From Tubiluchus corallicola (Eukaryota > Animalia > Priapulida), in contig JAQGDQ010000071.1 of NCBI GenBank assembly GCA_030141605.1, forward strand, positions 227,605 to 291,604: a stretch of 64,000 nt of DNA, written 5' to 3'. How positions within the stretch are numbered: position 1 is the first letter of the stretch; each line of letters opens with the position of its first letter. A model generated the notes under the pieces. It ran no database searches and was not told where the DNA came from. It saw only the letters and a list, made by a program, of their open reading frames with translations. Below, piece after piece: positions 28,837 through 40,087 of this stretch. A program made the position numbers and the translations under genes.

Positions 28837-29922
28837 AAAATATTGTTTCATTCCAAAGTAGGTCTCCGTTCTGCAAAGATGTAGGCATTAAAATGCAATG
28901 GCTAGTTCGCTTTTTCGGAATGAATGCCTCCCTCTTCTCCAATAGACGCCTCTTAGACTGTAATAGGCGCACTTTTTCAAGTTAATGATTACCTTTTCTG
29001 GCATAAAAGTTTTTTATATGACACCAAGTGTGTTACAAAAAAGAAATAAAAAAGTACATATAAATAAAATAAATGCTACTCCAAATGCAAAATAAAAGAA
29101 TAGACGAAAATAAGCACACATTATCATAAAGGTCTAAAAAAATTAAGCGTGTCAAAATAGGATGGTATATAAAGTTTTACCCACTGAAATTGACAGTGTA
29201 GTGACGGAAATTTAATGAATTTCTCATCTTGTAGCGGGCTCCGCTTTATGATAACCATCATAGTAACACAATAATTGATCATCGCAAACTGTGAAGGCAT
29301 ACTTGACTGTATTGAGCTAATTAAAACAGTGCATCATTCTGTAGAATATGAGCTGGCACCAATAATGACAGCAATGATGTCAAAACACACTCAGCACCCG
29401 CAGACATCCCACCAACGAATGAGATCTACAGGAGCGTTTAGAAAAGTGCGGACAGTTTAAGGCAGAAATTTATTGGGTATTAGTTGAAAAAATGACTTAA
29501 TCCTAGAAACAACAGAGATAGGCTCTCTGTAATGTCGTGAATGTAATTTGGGTACAACAGTACTAACAACGTTTAATTAGCCACTGTCACTGTAGTGGCC
29601 TAACAGTATTTTATATTGCAAATTCCTATGTAGTCAGCAACCTTGGAAGGCCAATGTGAAATTGCACTGTCAATCCTTCAAACAAACTTTCTCTTGTAAG
29701 CAAGAGTTGTTAGCTATCAGGCGGCAAAATATTGTATGCCTAAAATAATTTCTTATTGCACCAGGTGTCACAGAATCTCAATTCCCATGCCCAAGTGCAT
29801 ACTACGAGGTGCGTCAGAAAAGTTCCAGGACTGTTGTCACAAAAGATACATTTCAAATCCAAACTTTTCTGACACACCTCGTATTAACACCCGTTGGCAG
29901 TGTTTCTTCATTTAACATAAAC

Positions 29923-29990
29923 GGTGTGTGTGTGTGTGTGTGCGTGTGCGTGTGCGTGTGCGTGTGCGCGTGCGCGTGCGCGTGCGTGTG
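29923..29990. repeat. (GT)n/(GCGT)-type microsatellite
   Basis: Directly visible. Confidence 0.9.
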
Positions 29991-30463
29991 CTTGAATGAG
30001 TGTTGCGTGTTCTCCAAATGTCACTAGCCTATTCTTGTCCTTCACAGGCATAGAGCTTGAATAAATTATGTTTTTATAAATCATTCGAAGTAGATGATTC
30101 TGTTTGCAGTACTGTTGGTGACCTGTAATAAAGCCTTGGCAAAAGGCACATTAATTTATTTGGAAAAAGTGACAATTCTGGCTAGGCAAGAAAGTCAGGT
30201 AATCAAACAAAAACATTCAAGTGAGGGTTAGAGGTTAGGGTTAGGGTTATTTCTTTTTTCCTGTGACTTTTTTATCTGTGACTTTTTTACTTGTGACTAT
30301 ATTACCTGGATTTCTTCAGGTACTTGCAAGTACTACACATTCCTATACATAAATAATGACTATGATAAATTATATGTATTCAGTATTGGCCAGCGGTCCT
30401 GCGTCTTGTTTTCACGTGTCTTTCAGGCCCTGTACAATCGTAATTCTAAGAATATAATACTAA

Positions 30464-31130
30464 GAGGGCCGTCTTAACAACATTATAGGCCCTCCCCTGC
30501 AAAGCAGTGCACTGGGCCTCCTACCTATTCAACCATTCACAGAGATAAAAATGTAAGTAGTTAATAAAATTAGACATATATTTTATTGTATTGGAACTCT
30601 CCACGAAACTAATGTTTAAACATTTAAAAACATACTGTACAGCAGAGATTAATCAACACAAACGTTTGAACAATATAACACGACCTTGAAAAACACAAAA
30701 ATTTCAACATATAAGTGACACTCAATTGGTAAACGATACGGACGGAAATGGCACAGTTTGAAATCACATATACTATGAGTTATTTGGCATTAGTCAAGTT
30801 TTCAACACAAACATTTCCGAAATTTCTTTGCAAAGAATTACTTTATGATTAGCTTGAAGACAACGGTCCTCAGGATATCATTTTCCATACAAGTCAGTTC
30901 AAACGCTGCTGCTTCATTGTGCTAGAAGCTGATTTTTTGTAAGCTCCAATCTTCAAAATGAACGTTCTCTCGCACAGAGGCTTAAATCAGAGGCGAATGC
31001 CAATGTCCACTTGTAAAACAATGACGATTTTTTATAGTTTAGTATAATATTCATAAGATTGCATGGGGCCCCGATACTCGTGGCGTTCCCGGGCAACTGC
31101 CTAGTGTGCTCATGCGCTAAGACGGCTCTG
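30464..31130 (-). mobile_element. Non-autonomous hAT transposon with transposase C-terminal remnant
   Basis: TIRs GAGGGCCGTCTTA / TAAGACGGCTCTG; - strand ~31010-30815 reads ERSF*RLELTKNQL.STMKQQRLN...ENDILR...FAKKFRK (hAT dimerisation domain, frameshifted). Confidence 0.8.
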
Positions 31131-34024
31131 CATATTATACCCTACGGCACACATAGCAAGACATATAATATTTTCTATATTGTATAGTAACTACGGTCAG
31201 CCTTTGGATTAGAAGTCTACGAACTTTAAATTGCCAGACAAGTACAGTAGCGTTTGTGCAGGACTTGTGCTAGTTAAGTACTAGGATATAGTAAACGGAA
31301 TAATAATAGTAATAATAGGATAATAATACAAGTGTAATAATGAGGTATTTACGAACAACAGGACTCGTGGTGTTTTTTGTTGTCATTGTTTGTTTACTAG
31401 TGCAAATATATACAAACCAGGTAAGTTAAAACTTAAGAAAAGTAGCTATTAACTCACAGAAGTCTATTTCAGTGACAACATTTTACAATGTTTTTAAACT
31501 GTTTCCAGATACTGTTTTTCTATATTGCATGAATTTTGAATTTACATAATTATCTGCAGGGCTTGTAGTTTTGGTAGCTAATCAGTAGCTCTAAAGTCCA
31601 AAGCGTTTCAACATAGCAACGCGTTCTTCATAAAGCTAAAATTAGTCAGGATGTAATTGGCTAGAAAGCATTTTTACAAAAAAGAATTAAATTATGAATG
31701 CATGAAGCTACAGCTAGGCATATCATTGTTGTACAATATGTTTCTTAAAAGAAGCTGTTTAAAACACGTTTACGTAGGCAATACACGGCACGTTTTTGCC
31801 AAAATTTGACAGTAAATTTTTACATTGACTCAAAAAGTGAAAAACATCACAAATTTGAACCATCAATGATTCCTATTCGTGTTAAATCCGCTGAAACGCG
31901 TTGGATTCACCAAGCAAAGGCTTTGCTTAACTCTAAGACCAAGTTATTGTCTTCTGCCAATGCGTGATAATGTCAATTTGATTTTTTAATTTTAATCAAT
32001 TAAAATTTCTCTGTTTAGAAAAATGAGAATTGATTATCGTCATCAATACAGTAACAGCGTACTCTGTTCAAAAACGCTAGTCAGCTATAATTTTACTCAA
32101 TTGTGTATGACTATGATTAATACCTAGACTTTCGTATTGGGTATTATTTCATACCGCCAACTTTTATATAAACATTTGGCAATAATAATAAGCTCAACCT
32201 CGACTCTTCTGCATTCTTAGCATCATTAGTGATCGTGTTTAGTGATTTTTATATTTCATTCTGATTTGGTTTTGGTCTAAACGGTATTTTATTAAGAAAC
32301 AAATTTGATATCTACAACATACATACACTTGAAGATACAAAAGAAAGTTAAAATGATTAGCTAACAGGTTCAGAAGAACCTATATTAAAGCCTGTTGCCC
32401 TGTTGCTTTTCTCTGCATTGTGTATTCTGTGCCTTGTCAATGTGAGCCTCGTGCATTATGCCATTATGACATGTCATAATGACGTAAGTATAATATTATA
32501 TTTGCATGACTCCACTTTTGTATAACTTGCAACCATATAAGTTGGTTTTTGTAACATTCCAGTGTTTGAATATCAGCACTGTTTCTAGTGCACTGTTTCT
32601 TCTGAAACACCCTGTATAAGATGAGTTTATTAAAACGCCTCTGTTGAAATGCTAGTAATAGTTATATTCGGCTAACTGCAATTTCCCAAAAAATAGATTT
32701 TAGCAGTCCTGCCAGTGCGTTCTTGGGTAGTGATAATGAACGGTCAGTTACAAGTTCACAATCACTTTGCTATAAAATTCACGATTCATAAGACAATTTG
32801 CTCACTGCGCTACAATTCTCAATTCAGCTTACAACGTACGATGACTATGAAGTAGACACACTGACTACCATGATGCAGGTAGTTAAAGTGTGACAAAGAA
32901 GCACTTTATTTGGTCACTCCATTTCTCTCTCTGAGTCACTCCCTCTCTTCCCTCTATCCCTTTTTCGCTCTTTTTCCGTCTCTCTTCGCATGCGCATGTG
33001 CAAAGTACTTCTCTCGTTCCTTGATTCCATCCATTCTTTTCTCAAGGTCACTCTGTGTCTCAATATGCCCAATTAACGCTTTTTGTTTAATTCAATCAAT
33101 TATTTAATTATTGCTTGTAGCGAATTAGGGTTAATGATTAGCGTTGTATGTTAATTGCGGTCATTATATTAATGTAGTTATTATTTATGATAAGCATGTA
33201 CTCGTACTGGCGTAATCAACTTGTTGACGTTCTCTGCTGCGTCATATCACAAGTTAGTAACTAAGAACAATAGACTCTCAAATAATAGATATTTACCAGT
33301 TTTGCTCAAAATTTGCATTAGAAGCTTAGCGCGCATGCTCTACGCGTTATGTGAGGAATTTGCTCAAATTTGCGTTACTTACTTAACACTTATAAGCTAT
33401 GCTCCGAGCTGACAACTTTAATCGCTCACGAAACAGCTGAATTGTTAATTGTGAAAGGTGTTCGGTACTTGATATGGTAGTGTGGCCTATAAAGGACTGA
33501 CACCATCTAGATGGGTGACAGCGCATTGCAAGCAATCTTGGTGAAGTTGTTAATGAAGCTATAGGAAAACAGCAATCCTATGTCTTCTAGTGCACTGCCA
33601 GACATTTTTTGATGTTGTGTGCTGGAAGCTATTGGTGTGGAGTAACATCGGGCACTGGAAGGACGTTGCTTGGATATGATGAACTAATCTGTATAGTGTA
33701 GTAATTAGAGATAGACCTGTCTCTTTTCATGCATATTAGTTTTGTATTGTTAATTAATAGATCAGAGTTGTTTATCATTTAACTATAATTCCTTGTTGCT
33801 ATTTGATTTGTTATTAATTTTACTATGTTACGTGACAGCTTGTGGTGCGTACGTTGCTTACGTGAATGCCTTGTACCGTGAAGTTAAAATAAAATAACGA
33901 TTAGGCTAAAATTGACAATTTGGTGGTTTATTCTTTGTGGTCAGCTAGAAAACGACCACAATAAGGCATCGACCTTTTGTTCAGACTGTCACAGTAATCC
34001 TATATCCTTTAATATCTAGCCATG

Positions 34025-34154
<130 letters not shown>

Positions 34155-34664
34155 CCCCCTTTCTCCCATACACGAGGTTTTTATTACTTTGCTCATTGTT
34201 TGTTAAAAATATTTTCAGTTACTAATATTTTCGCTGTTTTTCTTTTCATGCCATTTCTTTTTTCACTTCCTGATGCTCACCTTCCTTTTCTTTCTAACAT
34301 TTCTCCTTTTCTTACAAATGTACTTATAAATGTTCAAAAAATTTCGTTACTTTGCGAGACATGTTACAAAAGTTTGTAAGCTAAGAAGCGCAAAAAATAC
34401 ATTTTAATTGGACAGTCATTTGATCGATCGAACGATATAGACAGCGGTCAATGGATATTAAACATAGGAAGCATAAAAATGTAACACCCAAACTTTACAT
34501 AAGAGCTTGCTTTATTTTCTCTTGATTTCTGTATTCTGGGAAACTATAAATCTTTTCACCTGCTCAAGATATCTTGTAAGAAAACTCGTCTTTGGACCTT
34601 ATAGAAAAATGCTTCCTTGTCATACAATGTTCTTTAAGAAGCAGGTGTTTACAATTTATCCTGC

Positions 34665-35070
34665 AGAAATGCATTAAAGCTTTACTGAGGATTCGGACTT
34701 CTACCACAAACGGCCTGTGTTTATTAGAATTTGGCATGCCTTCACTCGAAAAGAGGGTGAAAAACGTACAAAGGAAGTTTGTTTCCAAATTCGTAAACCA
34801 GCGTCAAGCTATGACGGATGACCCGTTTATTTTGGTATGTAATTTATTTAAAGATGTACGAACAAAGGGATACAAATATTTAGATAGTGTTATGACAGCA
34901 GCCGATCATATACAGACATGTAGAGAGACGAAAGACCTATGTCCGAGGTTCCGATCGTACAAAATTCAAGACTTATTTGCAAATAATTCCCAGTTTGTCT
35001 CTGCATCCAATGTATGGGAACACAGAGTTGCCTGAGCACAAACGTATAATCATCACAAGAATGAAAATGC
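34665..35070 (+). mobile_element. LINE ORF2 C-terminal fragment in the pseudogene intron
   Basis: KCIKALLRIRTSTTNGLCLLEFGMPSL...LSLHPMY...EHKRIIITR; absent from the paralogous intron. Confidence 0.65.
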
Positions 35071-35618
35071 GCTGCATAGAACACAGCATGCACTTAATTA
35101 TAGCAACATTGCAAATTTATTTGATGAAGAATTATTGTCAATTGGAAATTTCATTTATGATTGTATGCATAGATGTTGAACTAAATAGTATAGGTTTTTG
35201 TTAGTAGACGTATAACTGCATCACTGTGATTATCACATAGGTAATTTTTTTATACAAATATGTACAAATGTTTAGTTGAAAGCCTCTTTCGCTTCATAGA
35301 TTTTAAGACAAATTTGTATAACTATGTACATACCTTGTGCAGCTATGTTGGGTCTATAATCTGAAAATCAAAAATCATTATCCTTTTTACGTCTTTACTT
35401 TCCAATTCAATCGCAACAATTTGCATAAAAACAATACCATGACGCAGACTGCACATAATCGTCTTTGTAAAGTGCAATCTTAATTTTAATGGTTTTATTG
35501 TGATGATAGTGGCAGTGGAAACTACTGTCACCGTACAACTGAAAGACTCGCCTTTAAATGACTATCCGACTAAGTGAATATTGAGCAAATTTTCAGGAAT
35601 TATTAATTTTTTATTTTC

Positions 35619-35661
35619 GTTCTACACGTGTTTCGACCTATTGAGCTCTTCGTCGGGGACT
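35619..35661 (-). ncRNA. Minimal type I hammerhead ribozyme-like motif (degenerate)
   Basis: - strand: GTCC CCGACGA A GAGCT CAAT AGGTC GAAAC ACGT GTA GAAC, then AATAAA. Confidence 0.6.
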
Positions 35662-35847
35662 ATAAAACAATTGCACATTACACTATTCACCAAAACACAG
35701 TTATGCGGAAGTTGTACAGGTTATGCATTAAGTATCAATTATAAACATTTTATGTATCACCAATTTATAACTGACACTCAATGCATAACTTTGGTAACTT
35801 TCGTATAACTGTGTTATGGTGAATAGTGTTATGCTGGATTGTTTTAT

Positions 35848-35889
35848 AGTCCCCGATGAAGTTCTTAATACGTGAAACACTTGTAAGAC
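35848..35889 (+). ncRNA. Minimal type I hammerhead ribozyme-like motif (more degenerate copy)
   Basis: + strand: GTCC CCGATGA AGTTCTTAATACGT GAAAC ACTT GTA AGAC, then AATAAA at 35893-35898. Confidence 0.5.
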
Positions 35890-38695
35890 GATAATAAAGA
35901 CGTCTATTAAATGAGTTGCTGTATTAGTTATAGCAACAACTTGCGCTATACAAAAACAGGAATATGAAAGTAGTCTTTCATAGTTTACACTAACACCCAC
36001 ATCTCCAATAAGCAGAATAAGCATTTGGCATTGTGCAAAAATGCGTGTTTATAGTTACATTGTACCTACATTTTAGCCCAGGAATGAGTAACGACTCTCA
36101 GTCTGAGCTTCAAGGTAGACTAAAAAGTACACCACTTGAACTTGTTGCGAAAAGTGCATTAGATAACAGCTTGCAAGAAAAATTGCAAATGGTAAGCAAA
36201 GCCCAAGGGACGGCAATATTCTCCGCCTTCTATGACGCAGGAACACGTCTTAAACAAGGACAAACCAAACAAGGCTATAGTCAGATTGATAGCAGTAACA
36301 CGGAAAAATAGCCCCAATAAGCCTATTTACTACAACTTTAAAAGTGGGAAGTGGGAAGAACAAAACCGTGTTAGGAAAGTTTGAGGCCATTAGAAATGAT
36401 GTGTCAGCAAGACGAATCAAAGAGCAATATATTCTAGTATTTATTAACTGTAACAGTTATTTAGTAAGTGTACTAGAAAAAGTTTTAATAATAACACATA
36501 GCAATGATGTGGCTGATAATGAAATATACATTATTCGCAGACTGGATACGACTAGTTGAAGTATTTGAAATGCATAAAATTTTAGGATCCGAAAAGGATG
36601 TGGTATACAATGGAAGCAACACTTGGTAGATGTAAATCGAGTGCTACACAGTTACGCTAATTATGAAACAAACTTCCTTCATATCATTCAGAGGCCATAA
36701 TATACATGGGCTTCACCATATCCAACAGGATTTCAACCTCCACAAAGTGGATTTTGGAATGTACAAGGGAATCCACCAATAGGTCTATCAACAAAGAATG
36801 AATGCCTGTATCGTTATATGAACAGAGACAAGTACTTGATACTTACGAACGATGCTAAGAAATTATGAGAGAGTCGCAGAAAAGCAGTTAAAGCTTTCAA
36901 GGAGAAACTACTCTGCTGTCAAATTTATGTTTTACTATGAGCAACTGCCACAGCTATGCTAGTCCTAATGAACTAATAAACAAGAAAGATGTATTTGAAA
37001 AACACCTTGTAACAGTACAGTATGTCCATGGTAATCCCACAAACGATGCTCCATGGAGTTACAACTTGTGGTAGCACCAGAAAACGTAGTAAAAGTTGGA
37101 ACTCGTACAGTTCACGAGTCAACGGAGATTTGTAAACAACATAAATTGGAAATTTTACAATAGCTAAACTGCATCCTTCTAGAAGAATGGATTGTGACTG
37201 TTTTCATGGCAAAAAGCTCATATCAATTGCGGTTAAGTAGAAACAACCACAATAGTGCGTCGAACTCTGGCTTGGCAGTGGTCCTACGTCCTTTTACAGT
37301 ATATCCTTGAATCGGAGTTTGCTGATTATAGATTCAAATGTCCATCATTTGTTTCCCTAACCACCTAATTTTCTGTCTCTCTTCCCGCCCTCCCTTTCTC
37401 AGTTCCTCACCACTCTCTGTCATCCTGTTTACCTGTCGTCTTGTATGGAACAGTTTGCTGCGACTTAGAACATACACGGTTTTTTAGTTGTTCTCATTGC
37501 TCGTTGAAATAAGCAGTTACTGATATTTTTCCTGTTTTTCCTTTCATGCCCTTTCCTCCTTTTGTCCTTTTTGATCTTCCCTTTCCTTTTTTTCTAGTAT
37601 TTGTTCATTTTCTCGTGGACTTACAAATGTTGAAAAATTTTCGTTACTCTACGCGATATTTTGCAATAGTTCGTTGAGTTGAAGGAAACGACAAGGCATT
37701 TAGCATGCTAGTTTTGTTTTACTGTTATCACTGAAACTTAGAAAAAAATATAACAACAAAACTGTGTTATGAAACTATTTGTAAGTGCATAGGTTTTTCT
37801 GCAAATGAACGCTGTATTTCTTCAAAATGAATGACGTCATTAATGTGAAGAATAGGCATTCAAAATGGAAGCGCCGAAAAGAGAAATTATTGCGACTTTA
37901 AAATGATTTTACTGATTTGCACAAGGCTAGAATAGTCACATTTTTTTCTTGCAAACATTGAAGTAACCTTTACTTCCAAGCAGTCTCGATTTTTCCTTTA
38001 AGAATTTTATAAATACCACTAAACTCGGCATTTATTTGATTGATCGAACGATATGGACAAAAGACATCTCAGTGCTTTAAACATAGGAAGCACAAAAAGG
38101 CAACACCCAAACTTTGCACAAGAATTTTGCTTTTGCTTTAATTTCTCTTGTGTTTATATATTTTGACAAACATTTGCACTCATCCAAGATATCTTCCTTG
38201 TGATACCGGGTTTTGTGGGGATCAAGCAGGTACCTTTTCACATATCATCCTGTAGAAATACAGCCGAGAGTACACTGACGAAACATTTCATCCCTGAGAA
38301 TATTATTCAGCTTTTTATGCTTACAGTTATTCCTTTTTATGTTTTTTGTAATCTAATTTAATCAGTACAATTTGCATAAAACAATACAGTACTACGATTC
38401 AGGCTGTACAATTATACATAATTCCGTTCGTAATTTTAGTAATTTCATTGCGATTTTGATAAAATTTAATAATTATTACGACTCACCTGTGGTTGACTGT
38501 CCGCATAATTGAGCCCTGACTAAATTTCTAGTGGTTATAGAAGCGTTAGGTTATAGACGTTGATATATAGTAGATAATTTACACTACATATTAAGGAATT
38601 TGAATGTAGTTTTTCATAATTTACAACAAGACCCGCATCTCAAATAATAAAAATAAGCATTTGGTATTGTGATAAAAATACTTGTTTATTTATAG

Positions 38696-40087
38696 ATGCA
38701 CGTACATTTTAATCCAGGAATGAGTGACGACTCTCAGTCTGAGCTTCAAGATAGACTAAAAATTACACCACTTAAACTTGTAGCGAAAAGTGCATTAGAC
38801 AACAGCTTGCAAGAAAAATGGCAAATGGTAAGCAAAGCCCAAGGGACGGCAATATTCTCCGCCTTCTATGACGCAAGAACACGTCTCATGAAGCACTGCA
38901 ACAAAATGGCCACTTTACCTGGGAAAACAAATAAAGCTGCAGTCAGATTGATAGCAGTAACACGAATAAATAGCCTCAATCAGCCTATTTACTGCAACTT
39001 TAAATACGAAAATGGGAAGAACAACACCGTGTTAGGAAAGTTTGAAGCCATTGCAAAGTATTCGTTTGAAAAACGAACCAAAGCACAATATGTTCCAGTA
39101 TTTATTAACTGTAATATCGATGTAGCAACTATACCAGAAAAAGTTTCAGTAACAATGCATAAAAACGATGTAGCTGAAAATGAAGTGCACATTCACGACA
39201 CATGGGAAAACAATGTAGAAAAGTTGAACTTTGTTGTTTGTTTGAAATATATAACGATGCCAGGAAGAGAAGTATTCGCAGACTGGATACGACTAGTTGA
39301 AGCATTTGAAATGTACAAAATTTTAGGATCCGAGAAGGTTGTAGTATACAATGGAAGTAAACACTCTGTAGATGTAGATCGAGTACTACGCAGTTATGCT
39401 AATGATGGAACAAACTTCCTTCATATCATTCAGTGGCCATTCTATACATGGGCTTCGCCATATCCAACAGGACTTCAATCTCCAGAAGGTGGATTTTGGA
39501 ATGTACAAGGGAATCCACCACTAGATTTAGCAACAAAAAACGACTGCCTGTATCGTTATATGAACAGAGCAAAGTACTTGTTGTTTATAGATTGGGATGA
39601 AATACTTTTATCATCTACTCACAAACATTGGCAGGAAATTATGAGTGCTGCAGAAAGGCAGTTAAAGCTCTCAACAAGAAACTACTCTGCTGTCAGATTT
39701 AGATGGTTTACCATGAGCAACTGCCACAGCTATGCTAGCCCTGATGAACTAATAAACAAAAAAGTTGCAGTTGAAAAATACCTTGTAACAATGCAGAATG
39801 TTCACGGTAATGTCTCAAAAGACACTCAGTGGAGTTACAAACCTATGGTAGTACCGGAAAATGTAATAACAGTTGGAACTCACGTAATTTATAAATCAGC
39901 AGGCATTTGTGAACAACATAAAATAGTAAATTTTACAACAGCTAAACTGCATCATTATAGACGAATGGATCGTGACTGTTTTCGTGGTGAAAAGTTCATA
40001 CCAGATGCTGTACAGTACAAAGATAAACTATTAGAGGCCGTCCAGTTTCGACTAGGGCTGGTGACAGGCACTCAAAATTATTCTTAA
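38696..40087 (+). CDS. Glycosyltransferase family 92 (DUF23, GALT-1-like) catalytic exon
   Basis: 463-aa open frame: IFSAFYD, YVPVFINC, FVVCL, RLVEAFEMYKILGSEKVVVYN, NDCLYRY, FIDWDE (DxD), LHHYR. Likely acceptor at 38717/38718, in phase with a damaged exon ending 38229. Confidence 0.85.
   Translation: MHVHFNPGMSDDSQSELQDRLKITPLKLVAKSALDNSLQEKWQMVSKAQGTAIFSAFYDARTRLMKHCNKMATLPGKTNKAAVRLIAVTRINSLNQPIYCNFKYENGKNNTVLGKFEAIAKYSFEKRTKAQYVPVFINCNIDVATIPEKVSVTMHKNDVAENEVHIHDTWENNVEKLNFVVCLKYITMPGREVFADWIRLVEAFEMYKILGSEKVVVYNGSKHSVDVDRVLRSYANDGTNFLHIIQWPFYTWASPYPTGLQSPEGGFWNVQGNPPLDLATKNDCLYRYMNRAKYLLFIDWDEILLSSTHKHWQEIMSAAERQLKLSTRNYSAVRFRWFTMSNCHSYASPDELINKKVAVEKYLVTMQNVHGNVSKDTQWSYKPMVVPENVITVGTHVIYKSAGICEQHKIVNFTTAKLHHYRRMDRDCFRGEKFIPDAVQYKDKLLEAVQFRLGLVTGTQNYS

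Larger units (their letters stand above)
35610..35898. mobile_element. Long hairpin insertion, probably inverted Penelope-like element termini
   Basis: Arms ~35610-35744 and ~35764-35898 are reverse complements; absent from the paralogous intron near 38520-38545. Confidence 0.7.
34452..37245 (+). pseudogene. Glycosyltransferase family 92 pseudogene (tandem paralog of the downstream copy)
   Basis: Exon-1 relic from ATG 34452 (MDIKHRKHKNVTPKL, frameshifted); 36082-37245 aligns to 38718-40030 with frameshifts, stops and deletions, one removing the FIDWDE motif. Confidence 0.88.

Noticed and set aside
30224-30250. TTAGGG repeats as a telomere
   Set aside because: Only about three or four imperfect units, internal, next to a short gtgacttttt array; likely part of a dispersed repeat.
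31885-31912. GAAACGCGTT as a hammerhead stem III
   Set aside because: No CUGANGA-like core upstream.
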